Positions 10,175 through 20,486 of a stretch of 62,881 bases of DNA are shown piece after piece. Made by a program: the position numbers and the translations under genes. The notes under the pieces were generated by a model. The model made no database searches. It was given only the letters and a program-made list of their open reading frames with translations, and had not been told where the DNA came from. The DNA is taken from assembly GCF_002608075.1 (NCBI RefSeq), contig NZ_LAHA01000035.1, positions 14,453 through 77,333 of the forward strand, written 5' to 3'. How positions within the stretch are numbered: position 1 is the stretch's first letter; the number at the start of each line of letters is the position of its first letter. This stretch comes from Nostoc linckia z4 (GTDB lineage Bacteria; Cyanobacteriota; Cyanobacteriia; Cyanobacteriales; Nostocaceae).

Positions 10175-10428
10175 AACAACCGTTCTCGATGCTCATCTCC
10201 TTCCCGTCGAGTCCGCGAAACCCATTCTTGAGCATCTTCACCTAATAATGGATAGGGAGCCATACCCTTCAAATCGCTCCACTTGCGTTTTGGTTGCGCC
10301 TGAGTGATATGTTTCTTTACACGCTCCAGCAAATGCCCCATCACTGTCAATTGCTCCTCTGGAGTCAGTTGTTCAATCTCGCTTAAAACTTTTTCAAGTG
10401 ATGGACTCATCAACCTAACCCTTATCAA
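10171..10428 (-). CDS. antitoxin partner of VapC
   Basis: 85-aa ORF overlapping vapC by 4 nt, consistent with type II TA architecture. Confidence 0.6.
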   Translation of the reverse strand: MIRVRLMSPSLEKVLSEIEQLTPEEQLTVMGHLLERVKKHITQAQPKRKWSDLKGMAPYPLLGEDAQEWVSRTRREGDEHRERLL

Positions 10429-10793
10429 CAGAATTAAATTGTAGCGTCTTTACTCTTCTGCTCTGGCGTAACTTTTAGATAACGTTGCAACCTTCCCTCT
10501 TCGCTCGGATCGCTACCTATGGGGTTTTCTCAGCAAAATAGATAAAAATTTCAGTAGGTCGAAAACTTTTATTAGAGGATGTTTGAAACAGTCGAAACCA
10601 GTCAAAAATCATGCTAGTCATCCGATCGTAATACGAATCATGACAAGATAAATGAATGTCTTTGAGGTTTCAGGTAGTCTTTTATAATCCTTTATTTAGA
10701 TTAAAAACTTGGTGAATTTGACGAAATGATGGGGTTTCAGCCGATGATGTTGGAAAGAGCGATCGCTCTATTCGTTTATCCAATACTAGGTAC

Positions 10794-13700
10794 TTGAAAA
10801 TCAGATTTTACAGTAATTCAGTAATGGCTACCTACTTTGAGGGTGTGATGTCTAAAGTAAGTATGGGTGAAAACTGGTTTTTAAAGCTAGGGATGGTTGC
10901 GGTTAATGTCAGACATTTAGATTGGTTACTTACATTAGGAATGGCGATCGCATTTCACCCAAATATCGCCATTGCACAAATCACCCCAGATACAACATTA
11001 CCCAATAATAGCAATGTAAATACACTAAATAACATTACAAATATCACTGGTGGCACACAAGCAGGAACTAATCTGTTTCACAGTTTCAGCGAATTTTCTG
11101 TTCTCAAAGATACTACAGCTTACTTTAATAATCCTCCAGATATTCAAAATATTATTAGTCGAGTTACAGGTGGTTCGCAATCAAAAATAGACGGAATTTT
11201 GCGGACGAACGCTACAGCGAATTTATTTTTAATTAATCCAAACGGCATTATTTTTGGAGAAAATGCCCGCTTAGATATTGGTGGTTCATTTATTGCTAGC
11301 ACAGCAAGTAGCATCAAATTTGCTAATGGTTTTGAGTTCAGTGCTACGACTCCTGAATCTACACCTTTACTAACGATAAATACACCCATTGGCTTGCAAT
11401 ATGGAGTTAATCCAGCCACTATTGAGGTCAAAGGCGACGGTCAAGGTGTAAGGCTCACAGATGAATTGATTGATACAACAAATGCACTGCGAGTACCAGC
11501 CAATCAAACTTTAGCCTTGGTGGGTGGCGATATTTCCTTAGAGGGAGCAACGCTAAAGACAGCAGGGGGAAGAATAGAGTTAGGCAGTGTAGGGGATAAC
11601 AGTTTAGTTAGTCTCACACCGATAACTAAAGGTTTTGCCTTGAGCTACGATGGAGTGCAAAACTTTGGCAATATTCAACTATCAAAACTTTCAGCGGTAG
11701 ATGCCAGTGGCGCAGGTAGCGGTGACATCCAAATCCAGGGTCAGCGGGTTACCATAGCCGATGGTTCCCAGATAGAAGCAAGTACTCTGTTAGAAGAAAA
11801 AGGTGGGAATTTAGTAGTCAATGCTACTAATTCAGTAGAATTAATTGGTACATCTGCTGATGGTTACTTTTCCAGTGGCTTGCTTGCTTCTGCTTACTCA
11901 ACCGGGGATGCCGGAGACTTGACAATTAATACTCAAAATTTGCTTGTGCTAGATGGGGCGCAAGTAAGTACAGCCACATTTGGTACGGCTAAGGGCGCTT
12001 CTTTAACTGTCAATGCTCAAGATGTGCAACTGATTGGTACTACTGCCGATGGTCTTTTTCCCAGTGGCTTGTTTGTTTCTACTCAATCAACAGGAGATGG
12101 CGGAGACTTGACAATTAATACCCAAAATTTGCTGGCGATCGATGGGGCACAGGTAGCTGTATATACATCTGGTGCAGGTAAGGCGGGTTCTTTAACTGTC
12201 AATGCTAAAGATGTGCAAATGATTGGTACTGTCAATAGTCAGTTTCCCAGTGGCTTGTTCAATTATGCTTACTCAACCGGGGATGCCGGAGACTTGAGGA
12301 TTAATACCCAAAATTTGCTTGTGCGCGATGGAGCTAATGTTGCTACGCAGACATATAGTGCAGGTAAGACGGGTTCTATAACTGTCAATGCTGAAGATAT
12401 ACAACTAATTGGTAGGAGTCCAAATGGTGACTTTGCCAGTGACTTATCTGTTAACGCTGGTTTAGGGTCAACTGGGGATGCTGGAAATTTGACGATTAAT
12501 ACCCAACGTTTGCTCGTGCGGGATGGGGCATACGTTGATGCCAGCATATACGGTACAGGTAAGGGTGGTTCTTTAACTATCACTGCTAATGATATACAAC
12601 TGATTGGTACTTCTACTGATGGTCGCTTTAGGAGTGGCTTGTTTACTCAAGCTTATTCAGGAATAACTGGGGATGCCGGAAACTTGACAATTAATACCCA
12701 ACGTTTGCTTGTGCTAGATGGCGCACAAATAGATGCAGAGACATATGGTGCAGGTAAGGGGGGTTTTTTAACTATCACTGCTAAAGATGTACAACTGATT
12801 GGTACTTCTAGTAATGGTTACTTTCCTAGCGGCTTGTTGACTTCTACTCTCTCAACCGGAGATGCAGGAAACTTGAAAATTGATACCCAACAGTTGCTTG
12901 TGCGGGATGGGGCACTGATAAATACCAGTACATCGGGTACAGGTAAAGGAGGTTCTTTAACTGTCACTGCTAACGATGTGCAACTGATTGGTGAGTCTAT
13001 TGATGGTTATCTTAAGAGCCGTTTATTTACTACTGCTGCCGTTGGAACAACTGGCAATGCAGGAGATTTGACAATTAATACTCAATATTTGCTGGTACGG
13101 GATGGTGCATTTGTTGATGCCAGTACACAAGGTACAGGTAAAGGAGGTTCTTTAACTGTCAATGCTCAAGATGTGCAACTGATTGGTGTCTCTAGTGATG
13201 GGCGTTCTGGCAGTGGTTTGAATACATCTGCTCAGTCAGGGTCAACTGGCGATGCTGGAGACTTGACAATTAATACTCAACAGTTGCTCGTGGGCGATGG
13301 GGCACAGGTGGGTGCAACCACATCGGGCGTAGGCAAGGGAGGTTCTTTAACTGTCAATGCCAAAGATGTGCAATTGATTGGTACTACTGCTGATAGTCGC
13401 TTTCCCAGTGGCTTGTTTACTACTGCTTACACAGGAGCAACTGGGGATGCAAAATTTTTGACAATTAATACCCAACAATTGCTTGTACGTGATGGGGCAA
13501 AAATCAGCGCCGGAACACAGAGTGCAGGTAAAGGGGGTTCTTTAACTGTCAATGCTCAAGATGTGCAATTGATTGGTACGTCTGCTGATGGTAGTTCTAG
13601 TAGTGGCTTGTTTGCTTCTACTGAATCAACTGGGGATGCAGGAGATTTAAAGATTAGTAGCGATAAATTACTCGTTCAAGATGGGGCGATAATCACTGTC

Positions 13701-14528
13701 AGAAGCTCAGGTAAAGGAATTGCAGGGAATTTAAATATTGATGCTGACTTTATCCGTTTGAACAACAAGGCTTCTGTTGATGCTAATACCCAGGCTGTCA
13801 ACACTGACCCGACTCAAGAACAAGCTACTATTACTTTGCGCTCTCAAAATTTACTATTGCTTCGTAATAGTAAAATCACCACTAATGCTTCTGGAGAAAA
13901 TGTCATCGGTGGCAATATCAATATTAATACTGATTTTTTAGTTGCATCTGACAATAGTGATATCAGTGCTAATTCTGCTGACTTTCGAGGTGGTCAGGTG
14001 ATAATCAATGCCAAAGGAGTATTTGGTACTCAATTTCGTGATGCACTCACCCCAAATAGCGATATCACTGCTACAGGAGCTAATCAGCAGTTGAATGGTA
14101 CAGTGCAACTCAATACACCACAACAAGATCCCACAAATGGTTTAGAGGAATTGCCATTAGAAGTAGTGGATGCCTCACAATTAATTAACCAAAACTTCTG
14201 TGCCAAAAGAGGTAATAGTAGCTTCACCATCGTTGGACGTGGTGGTTTACCTTCTTCCCCCAACACTGTGCTTAACAATAATACAGTTTGGGAAGATTGG
14301 CGAGTCACTGCTGTGCCAACACAAGCAGCAGAGTACACCAGTAAAAGAGATATTGAGAAAACTTCAGCACTCAGTACAGAGATTGTAGAAGCTCAGGGGT
14401 GGGTTGTGAATGCTAAAGGTGAAGTGATACTGACAGCTGCTGCACCGACTCCAAGACCCCACAGCTTGAGGAATTTACTTCAAGGGGCGACAAGCGAGTT
14501 AAAGTGCTTGCTGTATAAGCAGCATTGA
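10794..14528 (+). CDS. two-partner-secretion (filamentous haemagglutinin N-terminal domain) repeat exoprotein
   Basis: TPS domain (ITGGTQAGTNLFHSFSEFSV, LFLINPNGIIFG), then about ten ~72-aa repeats (GDAGDLTINTQ.LLV.DGA...GKGGSLTVNA.DVQLIGT). The true start is probably an ATG downstream of the TTG at 10794. Confidence 0.8.
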   Translation: MKIRFYSNSVMATYFEGVMSKVSMGENWFLKLGMVAVNVRHLDWLLTLGMAIAFHPNIAIAQITPDTTLPNNSNVNTLNNITNITGGTQAGTNLFHSFSEFSVLKDTTAYFNNPPDIQNIISRVTGGSQSKIDGILRTNATANLFLINPNGIIFGENARLDIGGSFIASTASSIKFANGFEFSATTPESTPLLTINTPIGLQYGVNPATIEVKGDGQGVRLTDELIDTTNALRVPANQTLALVGGDISLEGATLKTAGGRIELGSVGDNSLVSLTPITKGFALSYDGVQNFGNIQLSKLSAVDASGAGSGDIQIQGQRVTIADGSQIEASTLLEEKGGNLVVNATNSVELIGTSADGYFSSGLLASAYSTGDAGDLTINTQNLLVLDGAQVSTATFGTAKGASLTVNAQDVQLIGTTADGLFPSGLFVSTQSTGDGGDLTINTQNLLAIDGAQVAVYTSGAGKAGSLTVNAKDVQMIGTVNSQFPSGLFNYAYSTGDAGDLRINTQNLLVRDGANVATQTYSAGKTGSITVNAEDIQLIGRSPNGDFASDLSVNAGLGSTGDAGNLTINTQRLLVRDGAYVDASIYGTGKGGSLTITANDIQLIGTSTDGRFRSGLFTQAYSGITGDAGNLTINTQRLLVLDGAQIDAETYGAGKGGFLTITAKDVQLIGTSSNGYFPSGLLTSTLSTGDAGNLKIDTQQLLVRDGALINTSTSGTGKGGSLTVTANDVQLIGESIDGYLKSRLFTTAAVGTTGNAGDLTINTQYLLVRDGAFVDASTQGTGKGGSLTVNAQDVQLIGVSSDGRSGSGLNTSAQSGSTGDAGDLTINTQQLLVGDGAQVGATTSGVGKGGSLTVNAKDVQLIGTTADSRFPSGLFTTAYTGATGDAKFLTINTQQLLVRDGAKISAGTQSAGKGGSLTVNAQDVQLIGTSADGSSSSGLFASTESTGDAGDLKISSDKLLVQDGAIITVRSSGKGIAGNLNIDADFIRLNNKASVDANTQAVNTDPTQEQATITLRSQNLLLLRNSKITTNASGENVIGGNININTDFLVASDNSDISANSADFRGGQVIINAKGVFGTQFRDALTPNSDITATGANQQLNGTVQLNTPQQDPTNGLEELPLEVVDASQLINQNFCAKRGNSSFTIVGRGGLPSSPNTVLNNNTVWEDWRVTAVPTQAAEYTSKRDIEKTSALSTEIVEAQGWVVNAKGEVILTAAAPTPRPHSLRNLLQGATSELKCLLYKQH

Positions 14529-14593
14529 TAAGTGATATCAGGTTCGGTTAAAGACCCGTAGTTAGGACTGATATCATGTCCGCATAATTAGTT

Positions 14594-15322
14594 ATGATTC
14601 CCAGGAGCATTTTGAGAATGCAAGTTACAGTTGAACAACTCAAGCAAATACCACTGCTTTCTGGGCTGGAACTACAACAGCTTTTGGCATTACAAGCTCA
14701 TGCGATGGTGAAGCAATATTTCCCAGGAGAAATCATTTTACATGAGGGTGACCCTTTGCCTGGTCAACTTTTTGCCGTTCTAGGTGGCAGAATTGAAATC
14801 AAAAAAATAGCAGCTACGGGCAAAGAAACGATTCTGCGAACACTACCAGCCGGAGAAATATTTGCTGCAACGGCGCTGTTAGAAAATGGCTTTGCACCAG
14901 CAACGGTAGTAGCACAGCAAAACTGCAAAATTCTGATGCTGGAGCGTACTGCTTTACTAGCACTGATTCACCATACTCCAGAAGTGGCTTTGCGGATTAT
15001 TGCAGTTTTGACAGAGCGTCTCCAGCATCTACATCAAACGGTGCATGGATTAGTTTCAGAACGCGCAATTGTGCGTTTAGCGCAATACCTGAAGTTCTCA
15101 GCACTTACAGAAGGAACGGAAGTAACTGAACAGGGAGAATTGTTGCGATCGCGTTTACCATATTATCAAATTGCTCGTAGCATTGGAATTACCTATGAAG
15201 AGTGTGTAAGATTGTTCAAGCAAATCCATTCGAGCGTCCGCTATCATCGAGGCGGAAAAATTTTGGTATTAGACCGAGCGAAGTTAGATGCTCTCGCCCA
15301 AGGTGAATATACAATTATTTAA
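14594..15322 (+). CDS. Crp/Fnr-family transcriptional regulator
   Basis: cNMP-binding-like N-terminal domain plus C-terminal HTH (YYQIARSIGITYEECVRLF). Likely start at Met 14618. Confidence 0.75.
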   Translation: MIPRSILRMQVTVEQLKQIPLLSGLELQQLLALQAHAMVKQYFPGEIILHEGDPLPGQLFAVLGGRIEIKKIAATGKETILRTLPAGEIFAATALLENGFAPATVVAQQNCKILMLERTALLALIHHTPEVALRIIAVLTERLQHLHQTVHGLVSERAIVRLAQYLKFSALTEGTEVTEQGELLRSRLPYYQIARSIGITYEECVRLFKQIHSSVRYHRGGKILVLDRAKLDALAQGEYTII

Positions 15323-15409
15323 ATAATTTTTAATTGACTATGTGTGAAAGTAATTCATACTTTCAATCAGCAACGCCTTTATTTTTCATGGTTGACTTAA
15401 TAATTTTAA

Positions 15410-16811
15410 GTTTCAATCCCTAATAGGGATTAAGAAAAATTGTAACTCTGCTTTATGTTGCCTTAACTCGCAGTAAATCAGGTTTCAATCCCTAATAGGG
15501 ATTAAGGAAAATTGTAACGCAGGCATTTATGGGGTTATCACGCCTAAATGATGTTTCAATCCCTAATAGGGATTAAGAAAAATTGTAACCTGTTGTAAAT
15601 ATTCAACGCTATTCTCCTCATAGTTTCAATCCCTAATAGGGATTAAGAAAAATTGTAACCGACTACCCTGTATCTGGAATTTTTATTGACTGGGGTTTCA
15701 ATCCCTAATAGGGATTAAGAAAAATTGTAACTCAGAAGATCCTTTACCACCGATTAATTTGAGTTGGTTTCAATCCCTAATAGGGATTAAGAAAAATTGT
15801 AACTACAACAAGTTTCTGTAAGGTGTCTTGCGTACTCTCGAAGTTTCAATCCCTAATAGGGATTAAGAAAAATTGTAACTCTAACAGTTGGTAGCACTCC
15901 ATACCATCCAGTTTCAATCCCTAATAGGGATTAAGAAAAATTGTAACCAAAGGGAAAGACGCGAGCAATCGCATGGATTCTGTTTCAATCCCTAATAGGG
16001 ATTAAGAAAAATTGTAACATTGGCGATGATTGGGAATATGCCTAGAATTCGTTTCAATCCCTAATAGGGATTAAGAAAAATTGTAACGCAAAGTCTAGCT
16101 GTTCATCTTCTGCAAAGTTTTCGTTTCAATCCCTAATAGGGATTAAGAAAAATTGTAACTTGTTAATCTAGTGGCGTCACGATACTTTTCTCTTGGTTTC
16201 AATCCCTAATAGGGATTAAGAAAAATTGTAACCCGGTCACTGCGGCACTTCCTAAAGTTGCTACACCAGTGTTTCAATCCCTAATAGGGATTAAGAAAAA
16301 TTGTAACTTAAACTACTCTGAGTGTAATAGTCAATATCTAAGTTTCAATCCCTAATAGGGATTAAGAAAAATTGTAACTCCTTGTCGGTTGCTGGGTTTT
16401 CACCTTTTCCTATGTTTCAATCCCTAATAGGGATTAAGAAAAATTGTAACTCTTAGCTGTAGACCCATGCGAGATAGATGAAGAGTTTCAATCCCTAATA
16501 GGGATTAAGAAAAATTGTAACCACCATTTAGCAGAATTTGAATCTCACGAATCACGTTTCAATCCCTAATAGGGATTAAGAAAAATTGTAACAGTTTTAT
16601 TTGGTCTTTTGATAGAGTTATGAACTCAGTTTCAATCCCTAATAGGGATTAAGAAAAATTGTAACAACTTAATTGCTTGTACTACAACTTCTTGAGGTAA
16701 CGTTTCAATCCCTAATAGGGATTAAGAAAAATTGTAACACCAGTCTGAGAAACGTAAGCTTGAGCAACTTCGATGTTTCAATCCCTAATAGGGATTAAGA
16801 AAAATTGTAAC
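15410..16811 (-). CRISPR. CRISPR array, 20 repeats / 19 spacers
   Basis: 37-bp repeat GTTTCAATCCCTAATAGGGATTAAGAAAAATTGTAAC (repeat 2 has one A>G change). Unique spacers of 31-39 bp. The reverse complement ends in ATTGAAAC, hence the minus-strand call. Confidence 0.95.
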
Positions 16812-17717
16812 CGCCAAAGCCTTAGAGCTAATGTGTATTTGGTTTTCAAGGTTCAGTTGCGCGGATGGGTCAATTGTATCACTAGAAAATTTCAATTGAT
16901 TGACACTAAATCGCTGAAATGCTGTCTGGGCATGATGCGCGGGTGATTTTGATTTACTTTTGCCTGAAAGGTTTGTGCTGAGAGGAACACAGAGATTTTT
17001 GTCAAAGGTTGATTTTCTACACCTACCCATCCGCGCATTTGGATAAAAATTTTGTGGCGTTTGCTGGTCTTTTCACTTTTGACTAAGTAAGTCGGTGAAA
17101 TAAAACCAAACTATGCAAAGAAAAGTAAATAAGGCTCAAACTCTTTCTCCCCCTGCTCCCTGCTCCCTGCTCCCAGCAAGAACTGCCTTATCCCAACAAT
17201 AATTATTTACATCGGCCTACTTATAGCCGCCGATCTAACTTTACCTGAGGGTATGCAGTTACATGAAAAGCGATACAAAAGTTTGCAGCGAACAATTCAG
17301 AATATTTATTGCGATCGCCAAGTCATGTTAGATTAAATTTGATTGTTTCGTCAAAACACAAAATTCACAACAAATAACAATCAAAAAACTCCCTCATCTC
17401 CTTCATCCCTCTTATCTCTTCATCCTTGGAATGAAAAAAACGAGCTAAAAGTTAAATTTTTTGAAAAACATGTGCATCAACACACCCATTTTGACGAGGC
17501 TGTATGCCTTACCAGCTAAAAGTTAGAACCCTAATTGCATATCATTGCCAAAGTAAAAGTTAAAAAAATATGAATTGCATTTTTAGCCCAAAAAAAATGA
17601 TATGTTGGATACAGAATTGAATTTCGCACGTATCTGGAGTAGTACGACATATTCTGCTCCAGTTTTTCCCCCAAATTCCTTAGTCTTTGTTGCTTTTGAC
17701 GGGATTTGAGGAGAATT

Positions 17718-17924
17718 TGAGTACACATTTAAATAACTCAAACTGAGTTTCAAGTGAATTAAAATCCTTGCTGGAAGCGAGTTTTGGCTGAGTACAAAGA
17801 AATCCTGAACCCCCTTCTCTAAACACTAGAACCCCAATCCAAAAATACTAGAACCCCTACCCGAAAAAATTTTTTTTAATTCTTGTAAAGCTCAAAGAAT
17901 TAGAGTTTTTCCTATTTGAGTACA
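17718..17924 (+). promoter_or_regulatory. three copies of octamer TGAGTACA upstream of nifB (17718, 17789, 17917)
   Basis: Read directly. Located 380-590 nt upstream of the nifB ORF. Function not established. Confidence 0.3.
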
Positions 17925-18303
17925 AGCTTAATAAATCCAATAAATTCTATCCTAGATAGACGCGTTCCCTGGGTCAAATACGGCTGATATAAATCTTATA
18001 TCGCCAATTACCTAACGCTCCTACACAAAAAGGCAGCGAAGAGTAAGTGGAGGGATGACATAGCACCATGCCCCAAATGAATAGAAGTCGTGGCTGCAAG
18101 CACAATTCTCCCAAGAACCGAACGTTGACACACACCAGCCCAAAATCACAGCCCAAAATCAAATATCTACCGCCTGCCCTACTTGATAACAAGTCGCCTA
18201 AACCTAAGCGTTTGCAGGCAGTGTACCAGCCACGACTTCAATTTCCGGGCATAGAGAGTAGCCACTGCATCTCCCACAGTGGCAGCCAAGTCCACCGATC
18301 CTT

Positions 18304-19749
18304 TTGCGAAATTCAATGACACCACCGTCTACACGACTCGTCACCTCCCCCGCCACGGACTCGACAACAACCCAAGCAAAATCCGGTGGTTGCGGCTGCG
18401 ATAGCAGTACCACCGTGGAAATGGACGAAAAACTCCAAGAACGCATTGCTCAACATCCCTGCTACAGCGAAGACGCCCATCACCACTACGCCCGGATGCA
18501 CGTTGCAGTTGCTCCTGCCTGTAACATTCAATGCAACTATTGTAACCGCAAATATGATTGTGCCAACGAAAGCCGTCCTGGAGTAGTTAGCGAGTTGCTG
18601 ACACCAGAAGAAGCAGCACACAAAACTCTGGTCATTGCAGGCAAGATTCCCCAAATGACAGTTTTGGGAATTGCTGGCCCTGGCGACCCACTAGCCAACC
18701 CAGAAAAGACTTTCCGCACATTTGAGTTAATTGCACAGCAAGCACCAGATATTAAACTTTGTTTATCTACTAACGGTTTAATGCTCTCGGAATACATCGA
18801 TCGCATTAAACAGTTAAATATAGATCACGTGACGATCACCATCAACATGGTAGATCCAGAAATCGGTGCTAAGATTTACCCCTGGGTTCACTACAAACGC
18901 AAACGTTACAGAGGCATCGAAGGGGCGAAACTGCTGCACGAAAAGCAGATGGAAGGATTGGAAGCCTTAAAAAAAGCTGATATCTTGTGTAAAGTCAACT
19001 CCGTAATGATTCCCGGAATTAACGACAAACACTTGATTGAAGTCAATCGCGTCATTCGTGAAAAAGGTGCATTCCTGCATAACATCATGCCCTTGATTTC
19101 TGCACCAGAACACGGCACACACTTTGGTTTAATCGGTCAACGCGGCCCCACACCCAAAGAACTTAAAGAACTCCAAGACAGCTGCTCCGGTAACATGAAA
19201 ATGATGCGTCACTGTCGCCAGTGCCGTGCCGATGCAGTGGGATTATTGGGAGAAGACCGCAGCCAGGAATTTACCAAAGATAAATTCTTGGAAATGGCCC
19301 CAGAATATAACCTAGAAATGCGCCAAGAAGTTCACGAAGGTATTGAGAAATTTAAACAAGAAATTAAAGCAGCCAAAGAAAAGGCACTAGCTGGCAAAAA
19401 AGTTGCCAACAACCCCAAAATCTTAGTTGCAGTAGCAACCAAAGGTGGCGGTTTAGTTAACCAGCACTTCGGTCACGCCAAAGAATTCCAAATTTACGAA
19501 GTAGATGGTAATGAAGTTCGCTTTATCAGTCATCGCAAAATCGATCAATATTGCCAAGGTGGATACGGCGAAGAAGCTTCCTTTGAGCATATTATGAAAG
19601 CGATCGCAGATTGCAAAGCAGTTTTAGTTTCCAAAATTGGTAACTGCCCCAAAGAAAAATTGCAAGAAGCTGGTATACAGACTGTTGAAGCTTACGACGT
19701 AATTGAGAAGGTTGCTTTAGAGTTTTACGAACAATGGAGTAAGGAATAG
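18304..19749 (+). CDS. nifB: FeMo-cofactor biosynthesis radical SAM protein NifB
   Basis: 481 aa. [14 protein letters not shown] radical-SAM motif. C-terminal NifX-like domain. nif synteny. Confidence 0.95.
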   Translation: MRNSMTPPSTRLVTSPATDSTTTQAKSGGCGCDSSTTVEMDEKLQERIAQHPCYSEDAHHHYARMHVAVAPACNIQCNYCNRKYDCANESRPGVVSELLTPEEAAHKTLVIAGKIPQMTVLGIAGPGDPLANPEKTFRTFELIAQQAPDIKLCLSTNGLMLSEYIDRIKQLNIDHVTITINMVDPEIGAKIYPWVHYKRKRYRGIEGAKLLHEKQMEGLEALKKADILCKVNSVMIPGINDKHLIEVNRVIREKGAFLHNIMPLISAPEHGTHFGLIGQRGPTPKELKELQDSCSGNMKMMRHCRQCRADAVGLLGEDRSQEFTKDKFLEMAPEYNLEMRQEVHEGIEKFKQEIKAAKEKALAGKKVANNPKILVAVATKGGGLVNQHFGHAKEFQIYEVDGNEVRFISHRKIDQYCQGGYGEEASFEHIMKAIADCKAVLVSKIGNCPKEKLQEAGIQTVEAYDVIEKVALEFYEQWSKE

Positions 19750-19811
19750 GGCATGGCGCATGGGTCATGGGGCATAGGGAGATGAGGAAGATGACGGAGT
19801 GTGGAGAGAAT

Positions 19812-19853
19812 AACTCCTAACTCCTAACTCCTAACTCTTAACTCTTAACTCAG
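19812..19853. repeat. tandem heptamers (AACTCCT x3, AACTCTT x2, AACTCAG)
   Basis: Read directly in the nifB-fdxN spacer. STRR-like heptamer array typical of heterocystous cyanobacteria. Confidence 0.8.
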
Positions 19854-19963
19854 CACTCACCATCCCCAATGCCCAATGCCCACTTGCCCTGAGCGAAGCC
19901 GTTCGCGTAGCGTCTCGCAGAGAAGGGATGCCCAATGCCCCATCTTCAAAAAGGAGAATAATC

Positions 19964-20317
19964 ATGGCTTACAAAATCACTAGCCAATGTATTTCCTGTG
20001 ATTTGTGTCTATCTGTATGTCCTACCGGTGCAATCAAAATAGTTGATGGCGATCGCTGGATAGATCCCGAACTTTGCACCAACTGTGTTGGTAGCATTCA
20101 TACAGTGCCTCAGTGTAAAGCTGGTTGTCCCACCTGCGACGGTTGCGTGAAACAGCCTGCTGATTATTGGGAAGGCTGGTTTGCCAATTACAATCGCGTC
20201 CTTGCAAAATTAACTAATAAAGAAGATTACTGGGAACGTTGGTTTAAGTGCTATTCTCAGAAGTACTCTGAACAATTACAAAAACGTCAACCCCGCACAA
20301 TGGGAGTAGAAGCCTAA
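19964..20317 (+). CDS. fdxN: 2x[4Fe-4S] ferredoxin FdxN
   Basis: MAYKITSQCISCDLCLSVCPTGAI...CTNCVG...CKAGCP. AAGGAG lies 8 nt upstream of ATG 19964. The track start at 19928 is probably too early. Uninterrupted. Confidence 0.9.
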   Translation: MAYKITSQCISCDLCLSVCPTGAIKIVDGDRWIDPELCTNCVGSIHTVPQCKAGCPTCDGCVKQPADYWEGWFANYNRVLAKLTNKEDYWERWFKCYSQKYSEQLQKRQPRTMGVEA

Positions 20318-20486
20318 TAAGATAATTCGTAATTCGTAATGCAAAATTCAACTCAAAAATTACGAATTGTTGAAGCTTAAAAGTTAAAGGGTAACGGGTA
20401 TCAGGTTAGAGAATCAAAAGATTGGTAATTATCCCTCATTCCCTATTCCCCACATTGGTAATTATTCTGATATCAAATTACAAACA

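Noticed and set aside
11144-14388. Antisense and alternative-frame ORFs inside the TPS exoprotein gene (for example 12269-12583, 14084-14338)
   Set aside because: These are shadow ORFs generated by the periodic repeat structure of the real plus-strand gene. Similar antisense shadows inside nifB, nifS, nifH, nifD, lanM, the RT-flanking genes and the patatin gene were ignored for the same reason.
14594-16811. A functional link between the Crp-family regulator and the CRISPR array
   Set aside because: The only evidence is adjacency. The array appears to be transcribed convergently from the other side, so no claim is made.
16785-17030. 81-aa minus-strand ORF
   Set aside because: It starts within the CRISPR leader region and runs into the terminal repeat. 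It shows no coding features.
17531-18446. Short ORFs upstream of and overlapping the nifB start (17531-17728, 17974-18192, 18068-18319, 18204-18446)
   Set aside because: They are mutually overlapping on both strands and low-complexity. The region is better explained as the nifB upstream/5' UTR region.
19928-19963. N-terminal extension of fdxN (MPNAPSSKRRII)
   Set aside because: The upstream part is made of the CCCAATGCCC repeat family. A good AAGGAG precedes the ATG at 19964, which gives the conserved MAYKITSQC start.
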